DNA from: Glaucostegus cemiculus
Taxonomy: Eukaryota
Direction of reading: 5' to 3'
DNA length: 64,000 nucleotides
Assembly: GCA_976551045.1 (NCBI GenBank)
Contig: CDPCPM010000062.1
Coordinates: 1 to 64,000 of the forward strand
Every line of letters begins with the position of its first letter. Positions within the stretch are counted from its first letter, which is position 1. Made by a program: the position numbers and the translations under genes. Below, one piece after another: positions 11,116 to 25,099 of the stretch. The notes beneath the pieces are model-generated. The model saw nothing but the letters and a program-made list of their open reading frames with translations, was not told where the DNA came from and searched no databases.

Positions 11116-11934
11116 GTATCTAATGATGGCCCTTGGAAAGTGAGCATGATGAATCCTGGTAAAAACAGTGAAGTTAAAATGAATGAGCATAGTCAGCCAG
11201 TGCAGTGATAATCATAAGCTAAGTTTATTGGTGAAGATCACAACTGTTTGGGGCACAAGACTTTTGTTCTGAGGTAGCTGAGTGGATTTTCTGCTTTTCA
11301 CCCAGTCAGATCAGAAACTGGCTGAATCTTATACTCATTGATTTTGATGGAATTGAATACGAGATGGTGTCTCGATGGAGAATGAATCTGCAATGCTAGT
11401 TTTAGCCCAGAGCATCAAGTTGAAAAAGTGACCCAGCAATAATGAAGAAAGAAGGGATCAGAAGAGAAAGACAAGTGGATAAGTGAAATTTATTTTCTGA
11501 CCAAGAGTTAGAAATCCTATACATATTGGCAGTGTAGATAAAAGGGATTTTTTAAAAAAAAAAGTTCTGCAAATGTTTACTGCTTTTTAACCATGTGACC
11601 TTCCTTGCTAGTGCAGAATTTGCACGCTGTTTGTGTTGACGACAATGTGATGGGGCAACTGCTGTAAGCGTACACTGCTTACATTTTTCCTCAGCCTTGC
11701 CAGAAAGAGCAATACTGCTGAAGTTTAAGGAAGGGACATACAAAAGTCATTATTAATGTGCTGAATAACTTTCCACTGGCTCAGTTTTGCTGACAGTAAA
11801 GGTCTAATGAGCTAAAAGCCTTATTTCCACTGACATTAAAACTGTTACCTGCCTAAGGCAAAGAATCCACAGATACAACCATCAAAGCCAAATGCTTTGA
11901 GCTTCATAATGGCAAATATACTTTAAGGTCTTTA

Positions 11935-14330
11935 TAGAACATTACAGCACAGTACAAGCCCTTTGGCCCATGATGTTGCGCCAACATTTTATCCTGATCT
12001 AAGATCTATTTAACCATTCTCTCCCACATAACCCTCCATTTTTCTATCACTTGTGTGTCTATTTAAGAGTCTCTTAAACATCCCTAATGTATCTGCCTCC
12101 ACCACCTCTGCTGGCAGTGTGTTCCATGCTCCCACCACTAAAAAAAACTTGCCCCTGACATTAGAACATAGATACCTACAGCACAATTCAGGCCCTTTGG
12201 CCCACAAAGCTGTGCCCCCCATTAGACATTGTTGCTCTGGGACAAAGTCTGACTGTCCACTTGATCTATGCCTCTTATCATCTTGTACACCTCTGTCAAG
12301 TCACCTCTCATCCTCCTCTCCAAAGAGAAGAGCCCTAGCTTGCTCAACCTATCCTCATAAGACCTGCTCTCCAATCTGGGCAGCATCCTAATAATTCTCC
12401 TCTGCATCCTCACCAAAGCTTCCACATCTTTCCTCTAATGAGGGGATCAGAACTGAATGCAATACTCCAAGTGTGGTCTAACCAGAGTTCTACAGAGCTG
12501 CAACATCACCTCACAGCTCTTGAACTCTACCCCGACTAATGAAGGCCAGCACACTGTACACCTTACCAACCCTATCAATCTGCATGGGAACCTTGAGGAT
12601 CTATGGTTGTGGACCCAAAATCCCCATGTTCCTCCACACTGCTGAGAGTCCTGCCATTAACCTTGCATTCTGCCTTCAAATGCGATCTTCCAAAGTGCAT
12701 CACTTCATACTTTTCCAGGTTGAACACCATCTGCTACTTCTCAGCCCAGCTCTACATCCTAATCAATTTTCTGTTGTAACCTACAGCAACCTTCTACACT
12801 ATCCACAACACCACCAACCTTTGTGTCATCTGCAAACGTACTAACCCACACTTCCACATCCAAGTCATTTATAAAAATCACAAAGAGTAGGGATCCCAGA
12901 ACAGAGCCCTGTGGAACACCACTGCTCACTGACCTCCAGGCAGAATACGCTCCATCTATAACCACACTGTCTTCTATGGGTGAGGCAATTCTGAGTTCAC
13001 ACAGCCAGGTTTCCCTGGATAACATGGCTCCTGACTTTCTGAATGAGCCTTCCATTGAAGAACCTTATGAAAGGTCTCACTAAAATCCATGTACACCCCA
13101 TCCACTGCTCTACCTTCAATGTGCTTTGTCACATCCTCAAAATTTCCAGGCTCGTGAGGCACAACCTACTCCTCACAAAGCTATGCTGACTGTCCCTAAT
13201 CAGCCTGTGTCTCTCCAAATGCCCATAAATCCCATCACTGAAGTAACACTCACTGGTCTGTAATTCCCAGGGTTATCCCTACTTTTCTTGAAAGGAGGAA
13301 CAACAATTGCCATCCTCCAATCATCCGGCACTACTCCTGTGGCCAGTGAGGACACAAAGATCATCACCAAAGGCTCAGCAATCTCTTCCCTTGCTTCCCA
13401 TAATAACCTTGGATATATCCCATCTGGCCCCAGTGACTTATCTATCCTAATGTTTTTCCGAAAGTTCCAGCATATCCTCTTTCCTGACATCGACAGGCCC
13501 TAGTGTATCAGCCTGTCATACGCCATGCTCACAAACGTCAAGGTCTCTATCTCTCTCTGGTGAATACTGAAGCAAAGTATTCATTATGGTCCTCCCCTAC
13601 CTCTTCCAACTGCAGACATGTTTCCTCTTTTATCCTTGATCAGTCCAACCCTCACTCTAGTCATCCTCCTATTCTTCCTTTCACATCCACAGAATCTCCT
13701 GTCTGCCCCCCTTACTATGGAATCCCCTATTACTACAGCTCTCCTCTTCTCTCCCCTTCCCTTCTGCACCATACAACCAGGCTCAGTACCAGAGACCAGG
13801 TCACTGCAACTTTCCCCTAGTAGGTCATGTCTCTCCACCCTCCCCCCCCAACAACAATATCCAGAGCAGTATCCTTGTTACTGAGGGGAACAGCCACAGG
13901 GATACTCTGCACTACCTGCCTAGTCTCCTACAGTCACCCAGCTACCTGTATCCTGCAGCTTACGAGTGACTGCCTCCCTGTAGCTCTTATCTATGAACTC
14001 CTCATTATCTCATAGGAGCCAAAGGTCATCCACTTGCAGCTCCAGTTCCCTAACACAGTCTGTAAGGAGCTGCAGCTGGATGCACCTTGTGTAGATGTAG
14101 CTATCAGGGAGACTGGAGGTCTCCCAGAACTCCCACATCTCATAAGGTGAACACACCACTGACCCCCTAACTACTCTAGCCTGGCAGTAAAAGAAAAATC
14201 AAAGAGAGAAAGAAACTTAACAGAGACTTCACTTTGCTGCCTCTCAGGTCAGGGCCTCAAGTGCTCCACTCTGACCCTAGTCTACTCCAACACTGGCTGC
14301 TCCACTTATACCTACTGTCCTTTTATTTGC
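11935..14330 (-). mobile_element. Internally deleted CR1 LINE (ORF1 esterase remnant, ORF2 RT remnants, 3' tail)
   Basis: AVVIGDSIVRGADRRFCG (SGNH-like ORF1), KSLGPDGIYPRLLWEAREEIAEPL, SGVPQGSVLG...FADDTK, LGLFSLERRMRGDL; TGTTCTAT tail; a second CR1 tail is nested near 12161-12220. Confidence 0.9.
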
Positions 14331-15357
14331 TGCTGTTAATTGGCCAATCAACTACTAACAATTTGCAAATGTGCCACTTTTAGACTCTTGCAAGATGAAA
14401 CTCACATGCACATGCACAGAGTCTCTACGCTTTTCAAAGCTCCTGTTCCAAATCTCCTTATTGCTCATCATTATGTTGGCATGTTATTCTCACATCTTTG
14501 ATACTGTGATAAAGCTGCAAACTTCAGCATGCAGCTAAAAACCACAACATCTATAAACTTCAGATGAAGAGTTTTGGTAGCACCTTTGTTAAATGCTGTT
14601 TTTTTCTCAAGAGGTAATCTATTATAAGGCTGACCTACCATCCACTGCTCCCTTGTCCATCCTGCTGTTGACTAAAAGAAAAAGAAAACATATCATTTCA
14701 CTAGTGCGTGAATTTGATTACCACAGATATCGATGGACACATTGAATGCCAGTAGTTGCCACTCATGGTCCCAATGCACCCACCCACAGTTAATTTTTCT
14801 GGATGCAGACAATAAGCTGAACCTCTGCGTATGACAACCATCCTGCGAGATGGGACAGAATCCACGTCGGAATTGGGCTCGGGCATCATATCTGAAATTC
14901 GCATTTCCACAATGCTCTGAATGCCTTTGATAACTTAACAGTTGTCAAAGGCTTTTGTACATTTTATAAATGTCTCTGATAGTCAAGTGATTAAAAACTA
15001 AAAGAAAAATAATTTTACTTAAAAACAATAAATACTGACAAATAGTTAGACTTAATTTATTTTAATGTGCCTGTCTTTTTCCATGAGATCAATGATCGTC
15101 TTCAAGCCAACTTCTCATCTCAGCCCAAACTGCTGTATCACTGGACACATTGAGTTATGCAGCAGAACAGACCGTCAGGAGTGTGGCGTCTGACTTCCAG
15201 CTCGTGCCTGAGTTCTTCCTTTCACTAAGCACAAGTGGAGTTCTGAATGGTAGTGAGTCGGAGCCTTCACTCACCAGTCAGCATGATGTGGCCCAATATA
15301 TTTAATCAGAAGAATGAGGTGTTTTGTCATAATTTATTCTTATCAGTAAAATTAATG

Positions 15358-15393
15358 CACGTGTGTGTGTGTATGTATGTATATATATGTATG
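15358..15393. repeat. (GT)n/(GTAT)n/(AT)n compound microsatellite
   Basis: Seen directly. Confidence 0.8.
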
Positions 15394-15800
15394 TTTAGAT
15401 ATCTGGCAAGAAAGTAGAGGAATTCTAATATTCTTCCAGTCAAGTTCCACTGATCAGCTTCACCTGCAGGGAGTAAACTACAAGCTCGCTGCTGCTGCCA
15501 AACAACAAATTTCACGGCTAATGTCAGTGATAATAAACCTGATTTTGATTCTGATTTCCCCATTATCTGCAAAGAAATGGCAAGAAGTATCAGAGTGAAC
15601 TTAATCACCATGCTACTAGTGCTTTAAATGGAAGTTAAATTGATAGCTTAATTTTTAAATGCACTTGCAATAACATGCAAATTACTGTTCTCTCTGGCAA
15701 CACTGTGGTACCAGCACGATAATGCAGAGGTGAGCAGAAGATATATGCAAAAATACCACTTAATGAGCTTAGCAATGTAAAATGGGCTGAGCTGGCTATG

Positions 15801-16700
15801 GAATCAGAATCAGGTTCGTGATCACTGACATACGTCATGAAATTTGTTGTTTTGCGGTAGCAGTACAGTGCAAAGACATAAAGACCTAAAAATTACTATA
15901 AGTTACAAAAATAAATAGTGCAAAAGAGAAACAATGAGGTAGTGTTCATGGGTTCATGGACTGTTCAGAAATCTGATGGTGGAGAGGAAGAAGCTGTTTC
16001 TGAATCGTTGAATGTGGGTCTTCAGGCTCCTGTACCTCCTCCCCGATGCTAGTAACGTGAAGGGGGCATGTCCCGGTGGTGAGGGTCCTTTTATGACAGA
16101 TGCTGCATTCATGAGGCACTGCCTCTTGAAGATGTCCTCGATGGTGGGGAGGGTTGTGCCCATGATGGAGCTGGCTGAGTCTACAACCCTCTGCAGCCTC
16201 TTTCGATTCTGCACATTGGAGCCTCCATATCACGTGGTGATGCAACCAGCAGGAATGCTCTCACCTGTACATCTGTAGAAATTTGCAAGAGTCTTTGGTG
16301 ACACCAAATCTCCTCAAACCACTAAAGAAGTAGAGCTGCTGATGTGCCGCCTTCATGATTACATCAATGTGTCAGACCCAAGGTGGATCCTCTGAGATGT
16401 TGACACCCAGGAACTTGAAGCTGCTCACCCTTTCCACCGCTGACCCCTCAATGAGGACTGGTGTGTGTTCTCCCAACTTCCCCTTCCTGAAGTCCACAAT
16501 CAGTTCCTTGGTCTTGCTGACGTTGAGTGCGATGTTGTTGTGACAGCACTCAGCCAGCCGATCTACCTCATTCCCGTACACCACCTCGCCATCTGAGATT
16601 CTGCCAGTAACATGACTGCGTGGCTCAGCACAGTCATCGGCAAATTTATAGATGGTGTTTGAGCTGTGCTGAGCCACGCAGTCATGAGTGAAGAGAGTGT
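15801..16700 (-). mobile_element. Rex1/Babar-like LINE 3' fragment (family B, GATTCT tail)
   Basis: NTIYKFADD, LNVSKTKELIVDFRK, VERVSSFKFLGVNISED, LQRVVDSASSIMG; tail CTGATTCTGATTC. Confidence 0.85.
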
Positions 16701-17099
16701 TGATGGGTTCTGAGAGAAATTAGGACTAAAGATGCAACCAAAGTTTACACACCACATCGCCAGTTCAGGAGACATGGGTACAGTCCTCTCTGGAGGACCA
16801 AGCCACCAGTACACAGTTGATAAAGGAAACATCAGAGGTTGTTACAGAGATGATCATTGCAGGATTAAATACATCAGAAGTGGAAGAATATCTGTATGAA
16901 ATTGTTAGACTTGAGGAAAAGTACCAAGGTGCAAAGTGGGAAAAAAAATAAGGGTTAAAAAAAAAGGTTGACTGTAATTACACACAATGGTTTTAAGATC
17001 ATAAGAACATAATAAATGGAAGCATGAGTAGGCTATAAGCTACTTCGAGATTGCTTCTCCATTTAATAAGGTCACATTGGATTCTGTACCATGTCCAAT

Positions 17100-17850
17100 T
17101 TGGAACTGGAATTGGTTTATTATTGGCTCATGTACCAAGGTACAGTGAAGAACTTCTCTTGCATACTGTCCATACAGACCAATTCATTACACAGTGCATT
17201 GAGGTAGTACAGGGTAAAACAATAACAGAATGCAGACTAAAGTGTTACAGTTACAGAGAAAGTGCAGTGCAGGTAGACAATAAGGTGCAAGCTCAAACGA
17301 GATAGATTGAGGTCAAGAGTCCTTCTGATCGTTCTAGGGAACTGTTCAATAGTTTTATAACAGTAGGATAGAGGCTGTCAGGCTTTTGTATCTTCTGCCC
17401 AATGGGAGGGGGAGAAGAGAGAATGTCTGGGGTGGGTGTGGTTTTTAATTATGCTGACTGCTTTACCAAGGCAGTGAGAAGTGTAGACAGAGTCCATGGA
17501 GAGGAGGCCTGTTTCTGTGATGTGCTGAGCTGTGTCCACAACTCTCTGCAGTTTCTTGCAGTCCCAGGCAGAGCAGTTGCCATACCAAGCCATGATGCAT
17601 CCAGATAGGATGCTTTCTATGGTGCATTGGCGAGGGTTGATGGGGACATGCTGAATTTCTTTAGCCTCCTGAGGAAGTAGAGATACTAGTGACCTTTCTT
17701 GGCCGTGGTATCTACGTGGTTGGACCAGGACAAGCTATTGGTGATGTCCATTCCTCTGATCTTGAAGCTCTCGACCTCAGCACCATTGATGTAGACAGGA
17801 GCACGTGCACTGCTCCCCCTTTCTGAAGTCAATGAGCATCTCTCTTGTTG
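17100..17850 (-). mobile_element. Rex1/Babar-like LINE fragment (family A), apparently nested in an older CR1-like relic spanning ~16995-18450
   Basis: MAWYGNCSAWDCKKLQRVVDTAQHIT; REMLIDFRK. Confidence 0.8.
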
Positions 17851-20800
17851 TGGCTACACCTCTATATCCTCTGACTCCCTTTGTGTCTAAAAGCATTGAA
17901 CACAAGTGAGCACCCACAGCACCCCTATGTCTAACCCCCAACCCGAGGTAAAGATTTATAAAAATACACAATTTTTGGCATTTTTTTTCTCATTCTAAGT
18001 GGTTGACTTCTTGTCCTGGGAACCTCTCGGGATCTATCTTGTCAGTCTCCTGCAGAATCTGGGCAATAAGATCATTTCTCTTCCTTCTAAATTCTAGTGA
18101 GCTAAGGCCAATCTCTCCTCATTGGACAACCACCTTATTCTAGAGAGTAATCCAGTGAATCAATACTATACTGACTCGGAGGCAAATATATCCTCCTTTA
18201 GGTATGGAACCCAAAATTCCTCACAGCAGTGTACTTCAAAAAAAAGTCTAATCAAAGCTCTGTGCAATCTCCTTGAGTATCTACTCCAACCTCCTTGCAA
18301 TACAAATTGACTTACTGCATCTCATGAATCAAAAATCAGGATTCTGCCATGCACCAGTGTTTGCTTTTCAGCATTTAAAAATTATTTTGCTGTCCTTTCT
18401 ATTAAAGTGAATACTTTCACATTTTCTAATATTATACTCCATTACATTGCACTTAATTAATACCTCCATCATTTATACCTACTGCCGAGACAAATTGTGT
18501 TACTATGCAAATCTATGCATAAGGCCATAAAATGTTAGGTCTTTATTAATGAAATTGCAAAATTGCACAAGGTTTTTCAAACCGTAAAAATACAGTGATG
18601 TTACATCAGAGCTAGTGCACCAAATGATTACATGTTCAATACGTATGAATCAGAATCAGATTTATTATCACTGACTTATGATGTGAAATTTGTTGTTTTG
18701 TGGCAGCACTACAGTGCAAAGACAGGAAAATTATTATTACCACTAACTCCGAGCGACTATAATTAATTGTTACCACTATTTAGTTATTACCTCTAATTCA
18801 GAGTAACTCACCTGACTGATCTGCATACCACTACTAAAAAACCATGCCATGGCACGGGAATTAATTCCTCCACGAGAATCTTTGTTTTGGTATTGGTTTG
18901 AAACTGTGCAGAAATAATAACCTAATCCAAATGGCCACATAACTTCCTTTCTTAGAAGGAAGGAATTTCTTCAAGAAGGCAACTAAACCAGATGTGGGAT
19001 AGGTGAGTTTCGATGAAAAGATATGCCAAATAATTTTGGGAGAAACGGGGAGGGATTATTATGCAAATTGTAAAAGTAGGGACAGGCCATCAGTGGATTG
19101 CGTGCATTCAGTAAATTCCTTTTTGCTTGATGCATACCTACATTTCTTCCTTGTTCCTTCAGTGGATAGAATTGAAAGTGATTATTTAGTATCATTCTGT
19201 GTTATTAAGCCTCTGCAACTTCCTCTCTACTCCCCAGACTTCAGCATACCGCACATCGTGAGACCACTGTGGCAACACCATTAGTTGGTTTGCCCCATTT
19301 TCTAAAACTCCCTGCATAATCCCTCACACCTCTTTGCCTTTGTCCCAATCTATCAATGTCTTTTCTGTGCATATCTCTTAAATTAACTTTTTAGTCCTGC
19401 CTTTCCTATGGCAACAGTAGGTTTCAGGCTTTTGGATGGTGCAGGTATCTCCAGCTCCAGCCTGGAAATAGCTCAGTGCACAAATGTTCATTTCAGTGGT
19501 CACCTGCCCAGCCACTGACAGTGCAATACGTCCTCTCCTTTGAGGTTGCAGTTGTGACTGCAGCAGTGGGTAAGGATTTGCTATTTTACTATAGATGTTT
19601 TGCATATTGTTTCTGGATGAGGTTCAAGCAGGAGAATTGTTCCAGGTAAGTATAGTTGTTTTAAGAACCTTCCTTTTCTTCCCCTCTCTTCCAGTAGGGT
19701 AGTGTCTACTAACACGTGCAAGTGTTGGAACAATGGGTGCATACCAACCTGTTCTCTATAGACTTTATAATGTTGAACCCAACAATTGGTGCTTGTTGAA
19801 TCACACACAGCCAGAAGAAAACAAACAGCAGCTAACTTGCAAATACTATCCTGGTTGATCACTTAAAATTATACCGTGTAGGCTCCTTCATACTGTTGAG
19901 TGCCTGTTAAACTGGAGGGGCCTGAGATGAAGCATTAAGCTCCACAGTGGTACTGTTGCTATTAAATCAATGTTGTCCTGTGACTGTTGTCATGATCTGC
20001 CTGCTCTGTTTGTGTTCAATGCATCCACAACAACTCACCTTCAATTGTATAGATGCACAGCACATTCTTTACTTTTATACAAGTGACATTCAAAGAATGT
20101 GCATTGTTGAACTAAATTTCAGGCCAAATCTGTCTACAAAATACAAAACAGCACTAGGCCACAGGAAGAATATTCTGGCTTGAACTTGATTTGAATTTCT
20201 CTTCAACTGATAATTACAGAAAAATAAATTTGGAGGTTCCTTGAAAGTGGCCATCAGTTTTTAGCTAGGATTGGAAAGTTAATTGGGTCATGGGAATAGC
20301 ACAACTTAAATTCAAATTAAAACAAAGAATTGCTAAAGTTTTTTCCTGGATTGATAAAAAACAGACTTGTTCTGATTCTGAAGTCTTGAATTAAAAATAG
20401 GGCTGCTTTTGTTTCCTAACTTGAGGTGTCTTATAAATAAAAAGCAGTATTGAATATACACTGAGGTATGTCGCAAATCTGTTCCTAATTACTTGTACTT
20501 TAGTTGAACTTTAGCGTTTCCTTTGACATACTGCCTAATGTATGCGAACTGCGTGTCTTTTTCTCCAACAGTGAATTCATAAAAAAAAATCCTGTCTGAC
20601 TTCTTTCTGTGCCAACAAAAACGAGGAATATCAGAACGTTTTGACCAAATGCAACATTTTCTATATACTCTAATTAAATAAAATTGCTCTTTTCCACATG
20701 AGGTTTGCAGCTTAGTACTCAAAACTCCCCCTGGGTCTGTACAGGAAATGCCTTTTGCTTTACAACTTCTTTCTTTTCTGGAGACTATATTGTTTTCTTC

Positions 20801-22790
20801 TTTCTTTGTTCCTTTTCTTCTTCCCCCCCTTCCCCCAATTTTTCACTCCTTTCCAGAAAGTGCTAACTCTTGTTGGGCGCAATTCTGTGGACATGAGCAG
20901 CTGTTGTACAGCATTGTACCTAGGTGTTGGGGAACTCCACTTGGTCACACCACTCATTGGATAATGAGGTACAGATCCCGATTGCTGTCCAGTAATAATT
21001 ATTAAGTCTGTGCAGATATCAACTGACAAGCATAGTTCCCGCCATCTGTCCTCCTCCAACCTCCACTGACTTCCTCTACTCAGACCCCTCACCCAAAAAG
21101 TCTGATGGCAGTTTTGACTCATTCTCGAAGTGGGACCACTTGGATGAGTAAACAGTTGGTCCTTATGAAAGCAAATTGCAGAAAAAAGATGGTTTCTTTG
21201 AGAGGATGGGGGAAGACAAGTGAAGGGGGAAAAGAAATGAAGTAATGTTTATCAGAAGGTTGTCAACAACAGTGACCTGTTGTCTGATAGGATATCTTAC
21301 TGTAACAAAATCTCTTCATCCAATAAGATAGATGACCTTTTAAAGAAATCATGCATAGGTAGTGCTTTGTTTACTGAGCTATTGTTTCATTTGATCTGTA
21401 GATGAAATATATTCAGGTGCATTTAATTGAACATAGTGCATGTTGATACTGCACATTGTCATAATTACTTAATGTCAAAAGAATATTGTTTTTAAAATGA
21501 ATGAATTCCGATTTTGGGTTGATATAATTGAGGTGTAAAAGGAGCTTTTGCAAAGGGAGGATAAATTGGCTCCTCCCTTGCATTCAGAAAGTATAGGCAT
21601 CTTTGTGCTGGTTTTCTTTGCATTAGGAGTTCTATTTTGTTTGAGAAATTGCATGCAAGTGTATAAACCTTTTGTCCACATTTCCTTCAACTGCATTCAA
21701 TGGTTCCCTGCAGTGCTCTTGCACACAAGTACATATATGGCAATTAAAACATGGAAACAGGCCATTTGGCCAAAGCAATCTTTATCAGCTTGCACTTTTC
21801 ATGCCAGCAAATGTTCTTAATTATGTTTAACTGCTTATACCTGTTCATCTCCTTTTTCTTCATGCAGCCATCCATTACTATCTTCAATGTTGACATAGTT
21901 TCTGCCTTAAATACCTGTCAAGATAATGAATTCCATAATGGCAGAATGATCATGCACAAAGGGCTTTCTCCTACCCTCAGTTCTCAATCTCTTAAGCATT
22001 TAAACTTGTGAAGCACAAGGGCCAAGCAACCAGGACAATTGCCAGAATTTGTAAGGGCTCCACTAAGTTCAGTGGTTGTAGACATCATCAAGGGTGTGGT
22101 TGGGTGGGAAACAGGAAGCTATATTGCCTTAGATTATGCCCAGACCACTCATCTAATATCCTTGCTAATCACGTATCTATACCCCCTCAGTCTTAATATC
22201 ATATAATCTGGTTTTTTTCTTTAACCAAATAAATATTTGCACGCACTTATACAAGATGGCATTCTGCATAGATTAACAATATGTTCCCCAAAAGTCCTTG
22301 TATCTTTTCTATACAGCATGGGGCCCAGTAACTAAGTTCTTATTACGATTTACAGATACTACTTATATTCTGTAGCTCTTGCGATGTGTATGATTCTATC
22401 AGCTCTTTTACGTACAAATTAGTCTGATATGCTACGTTTACTGTGCTGTGACTTCAGGGTTAAAATTCAGTTTCCTTTTCAAGTGGATTTTGAATACTCT
22501 TCTTGAAATTTGTTATTGACCTGCCTCCACCATCCTTTTTGAAAGTGTATTCTTGCACTGTCACTTTTTAAACTAACATAATCCATCATAGGAAAACCAA
22601 AAGAAATTCTAATATGGGAATTCAGCCATTTTCTGAATATTATAGCATGAAGAACTTGCCTTGATATATAAATGTTACTGTGATCTCTTAACATGGCATA
22701 ATATTGTTTTGTGTTTCTACAAATAGTTTCATGATCTTCAAAGGGGCATTGGCATTATAGTTATATGAGGTCAAATCATTTTATGCTAAT

Positions 22791-23395
22791 TTGGGCATTG
22801 CGTACAGGAGTTGGGGCATTATGATGCAGTTGTATAAGTCGTTGGTGAGGCCACACTTGGCGTACCGTGTACAGTTTTGGTCACCCTGTTTTAGGAAAGA
22901 CATGGTTAAACTGGAAAGAGTGCAGAAAATATTTACGAGGATGTTGCCAGAACTAGAGGGCCTGAGTTGTAGGGAGATGTTGCCAGGCTAGGTCTTTACA
23001 GTCCTTGGAGCGTAGGAGAATGAGGGGTGACTTTATAGAGGTTTATAAAATCATGAGGGGAATAGATGAGGTGGATGGTAACAGTCTTTTCCCCAGGGTA
23101 GGGGAATCCAAAACTGGGGGGTATAGATTTAGGGTGAGAGTGGAAAGATTTAAAAAGGACCTGAGGGGCAACTTTTTCACGCAGAGGGTGGTGAGTATAT
23201 GGAACAAGCTGACAGAGGAAGTGGGTGAGGCAGGTACAATGATATCATTTAAGAAGCACTTGGACAGGTACATGGAGGGGCGGGGCTTGGAGGGATATGG
23301 GCCGAATGCAGGAAATTGGGACTAGCTGGGTGGACACCTCGGTCGGCATGGACTGGTTGGGCCGAAGGGCCTGTATCTGTGCTGTATTGCTCTAC
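22791..23395 (+). mobile_element. CR1 LINE 3' fragment
   Basis: LYKSLVRPHL...QFWSP, ERRRMRGDFIEVYKIMRG, FFTQRVVSIWNKL; GGCCGAAGGGCCTG 3' hairpin. Confidence 0.9.
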
Positions 23396-24399
23396 TACAC
23401 ATGAAGTGAAGGATGTCAGCATTAAATGGAGCACTTTTCAGAGATTCATTTGTTAGCAACAAACATGACCAGATCCAGAGTGAATCTCTTATTTGTTAAC
23501 CATGGATGCTCCTGTATTCTACTACAACTTTTGTTCAAGTTAACACAAAACATTGTGTAGAGTTGGCATGAAAATTACATTCAAAAACAGCTACATTTGA
23601 ATGCCCAGATGGGTGGCTTAATGCCAGAGGATTGCTCCAAAAGCTCTAGTGTAGGAACTAAAAGTCAATAAGCATGCACAATATAGTGTCTCTTGTGACA
23701 GCCTGACTGCGTTGTATTGGTCCTGTAAGTGCTCAGGCTCTCGAAGCCATGCATAGAAGCTAAATATGTATAATGTGCCACTGCACTTCCACAAACATAA
23801 ACAAGAAAATCTCAGTGGCACTATGTAAAGCTAATGTAATCTCCCAGCACGAATGAAGCAATTTTGTTTGGTTTTGCCAATGCTGGTCATGTGTTTGCAA
23901 CAAGGTACATGGCACCTTTGGAACCAGAACAAGCAAGCCTCACCCATTATTTAATTAGATCACAGCAGATCTAATTTCTGAATAGCATACCCCAGTAAAT
24001 CTTCCAATTCCCACACATCTCTGAGAACAACATGTACCAGTTTGAAGATAATTTTATGCCATGGATCCAGATCCATGAAAAGTTGAGAGAAACTCATTTA
24101 ACCAAGAATCCTTTAGTCATCTGAGAGAAGCCTTTCATCCCATCATAATGGCTGGATTTGAGCCCAATGATAAAAGCTTAGTGGAGACACTTGAGATATT
24201 TGTGTGCGTGTAGGGAGAGGAGAAGCAGCAGGTGGGAAAGTAAAGCCTAGTCAGATTAAATCCTTTAGAAAATTGCTTTTAATCTCTATCTCTGTCAATG
24301 TCTCACAGTATTAATGCATTTGGTTATGGTAATAAGTGGAGCCTGTCAGTTCTACAAGAACAAGTTCCATGATTAGAGACCAACAAGTAATTTTTCTGA

Positions 24400-24982
24400 T
24401 GGATCCAGAGGGCATGGCTGAAGTACTAAATTAATCTCATTCTGCACCAGGAAAGAAGGTGCTGCTGGAATCTCAGCAATGGAAAGTGTAACTGGGATTC
24501 TGGATGAGTATAGAAAGGTTAGCTGCACTTCAAGTGGATACATCTCCTGTTCCAGGTGGCTTGCATCCTAGGTTACTGAGGGGAGGAAATTGCAGAGGCC
24601 CTGGCCATAATCTCCTGAACAGAGGTGACTTGATAGAGGCGTGCAAGATGATGAGAGGCATAGATCGAGTGGACAGTCAGGGACTTTTTCCCAGGGCAAC
24701 AATGGCTAACACAAGGGGACATAATTTGAAGGTGATTGAAGGAAGGTATAAGGGGGATGTCAGTGGTAAGTGGGTGTGTGGAATGCACTGCCGGCAGAGG
24801 TTGTGGGGGCAGATACATTAGGGACATTTAAGAGACTCTTAGATAGACACATGAATGATGGAGAAATGGAGGGCTACGTGGGAGGGAAGGGTTCGATAGA
24901 TCTTACAGCAGGATAAAATGTCAGCACAACATTGTGGGCTGAAGGGCCTGCACTGTGCTGTAGTGTTTTATATGTTCTATGA
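24400..24982 (+). mobile_element. CR1 fragments
   Basis: SPVPGGLHPRLL; RGDLIEACKMMRGIDRVD; TATGTTCTATG tail. Confidence 0.8.
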
Positions 24983-25099
24983 ACATTTATTGATTCAAAA
25001 ATGTGTCAGAGGACTGGACAAAATGAAATAACACACCTTAATCCAAAAAAGAGCATAGGCATCATTCCATTACAAGGCAGTCAGTTTGACCTTGGTTAC

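Noticed and set aside
14701-14910. 69-aa minus-strand ORF in unique sequence
   Set aside because: No recognisable domain, non-ATG start and no clear splice signals.
20181-20197. DR5-like TGAACT-TGATT-TGAATT
   Set aside because: Mismatch at the critical G of one half-site; expected by chance in AT-rich DNA.
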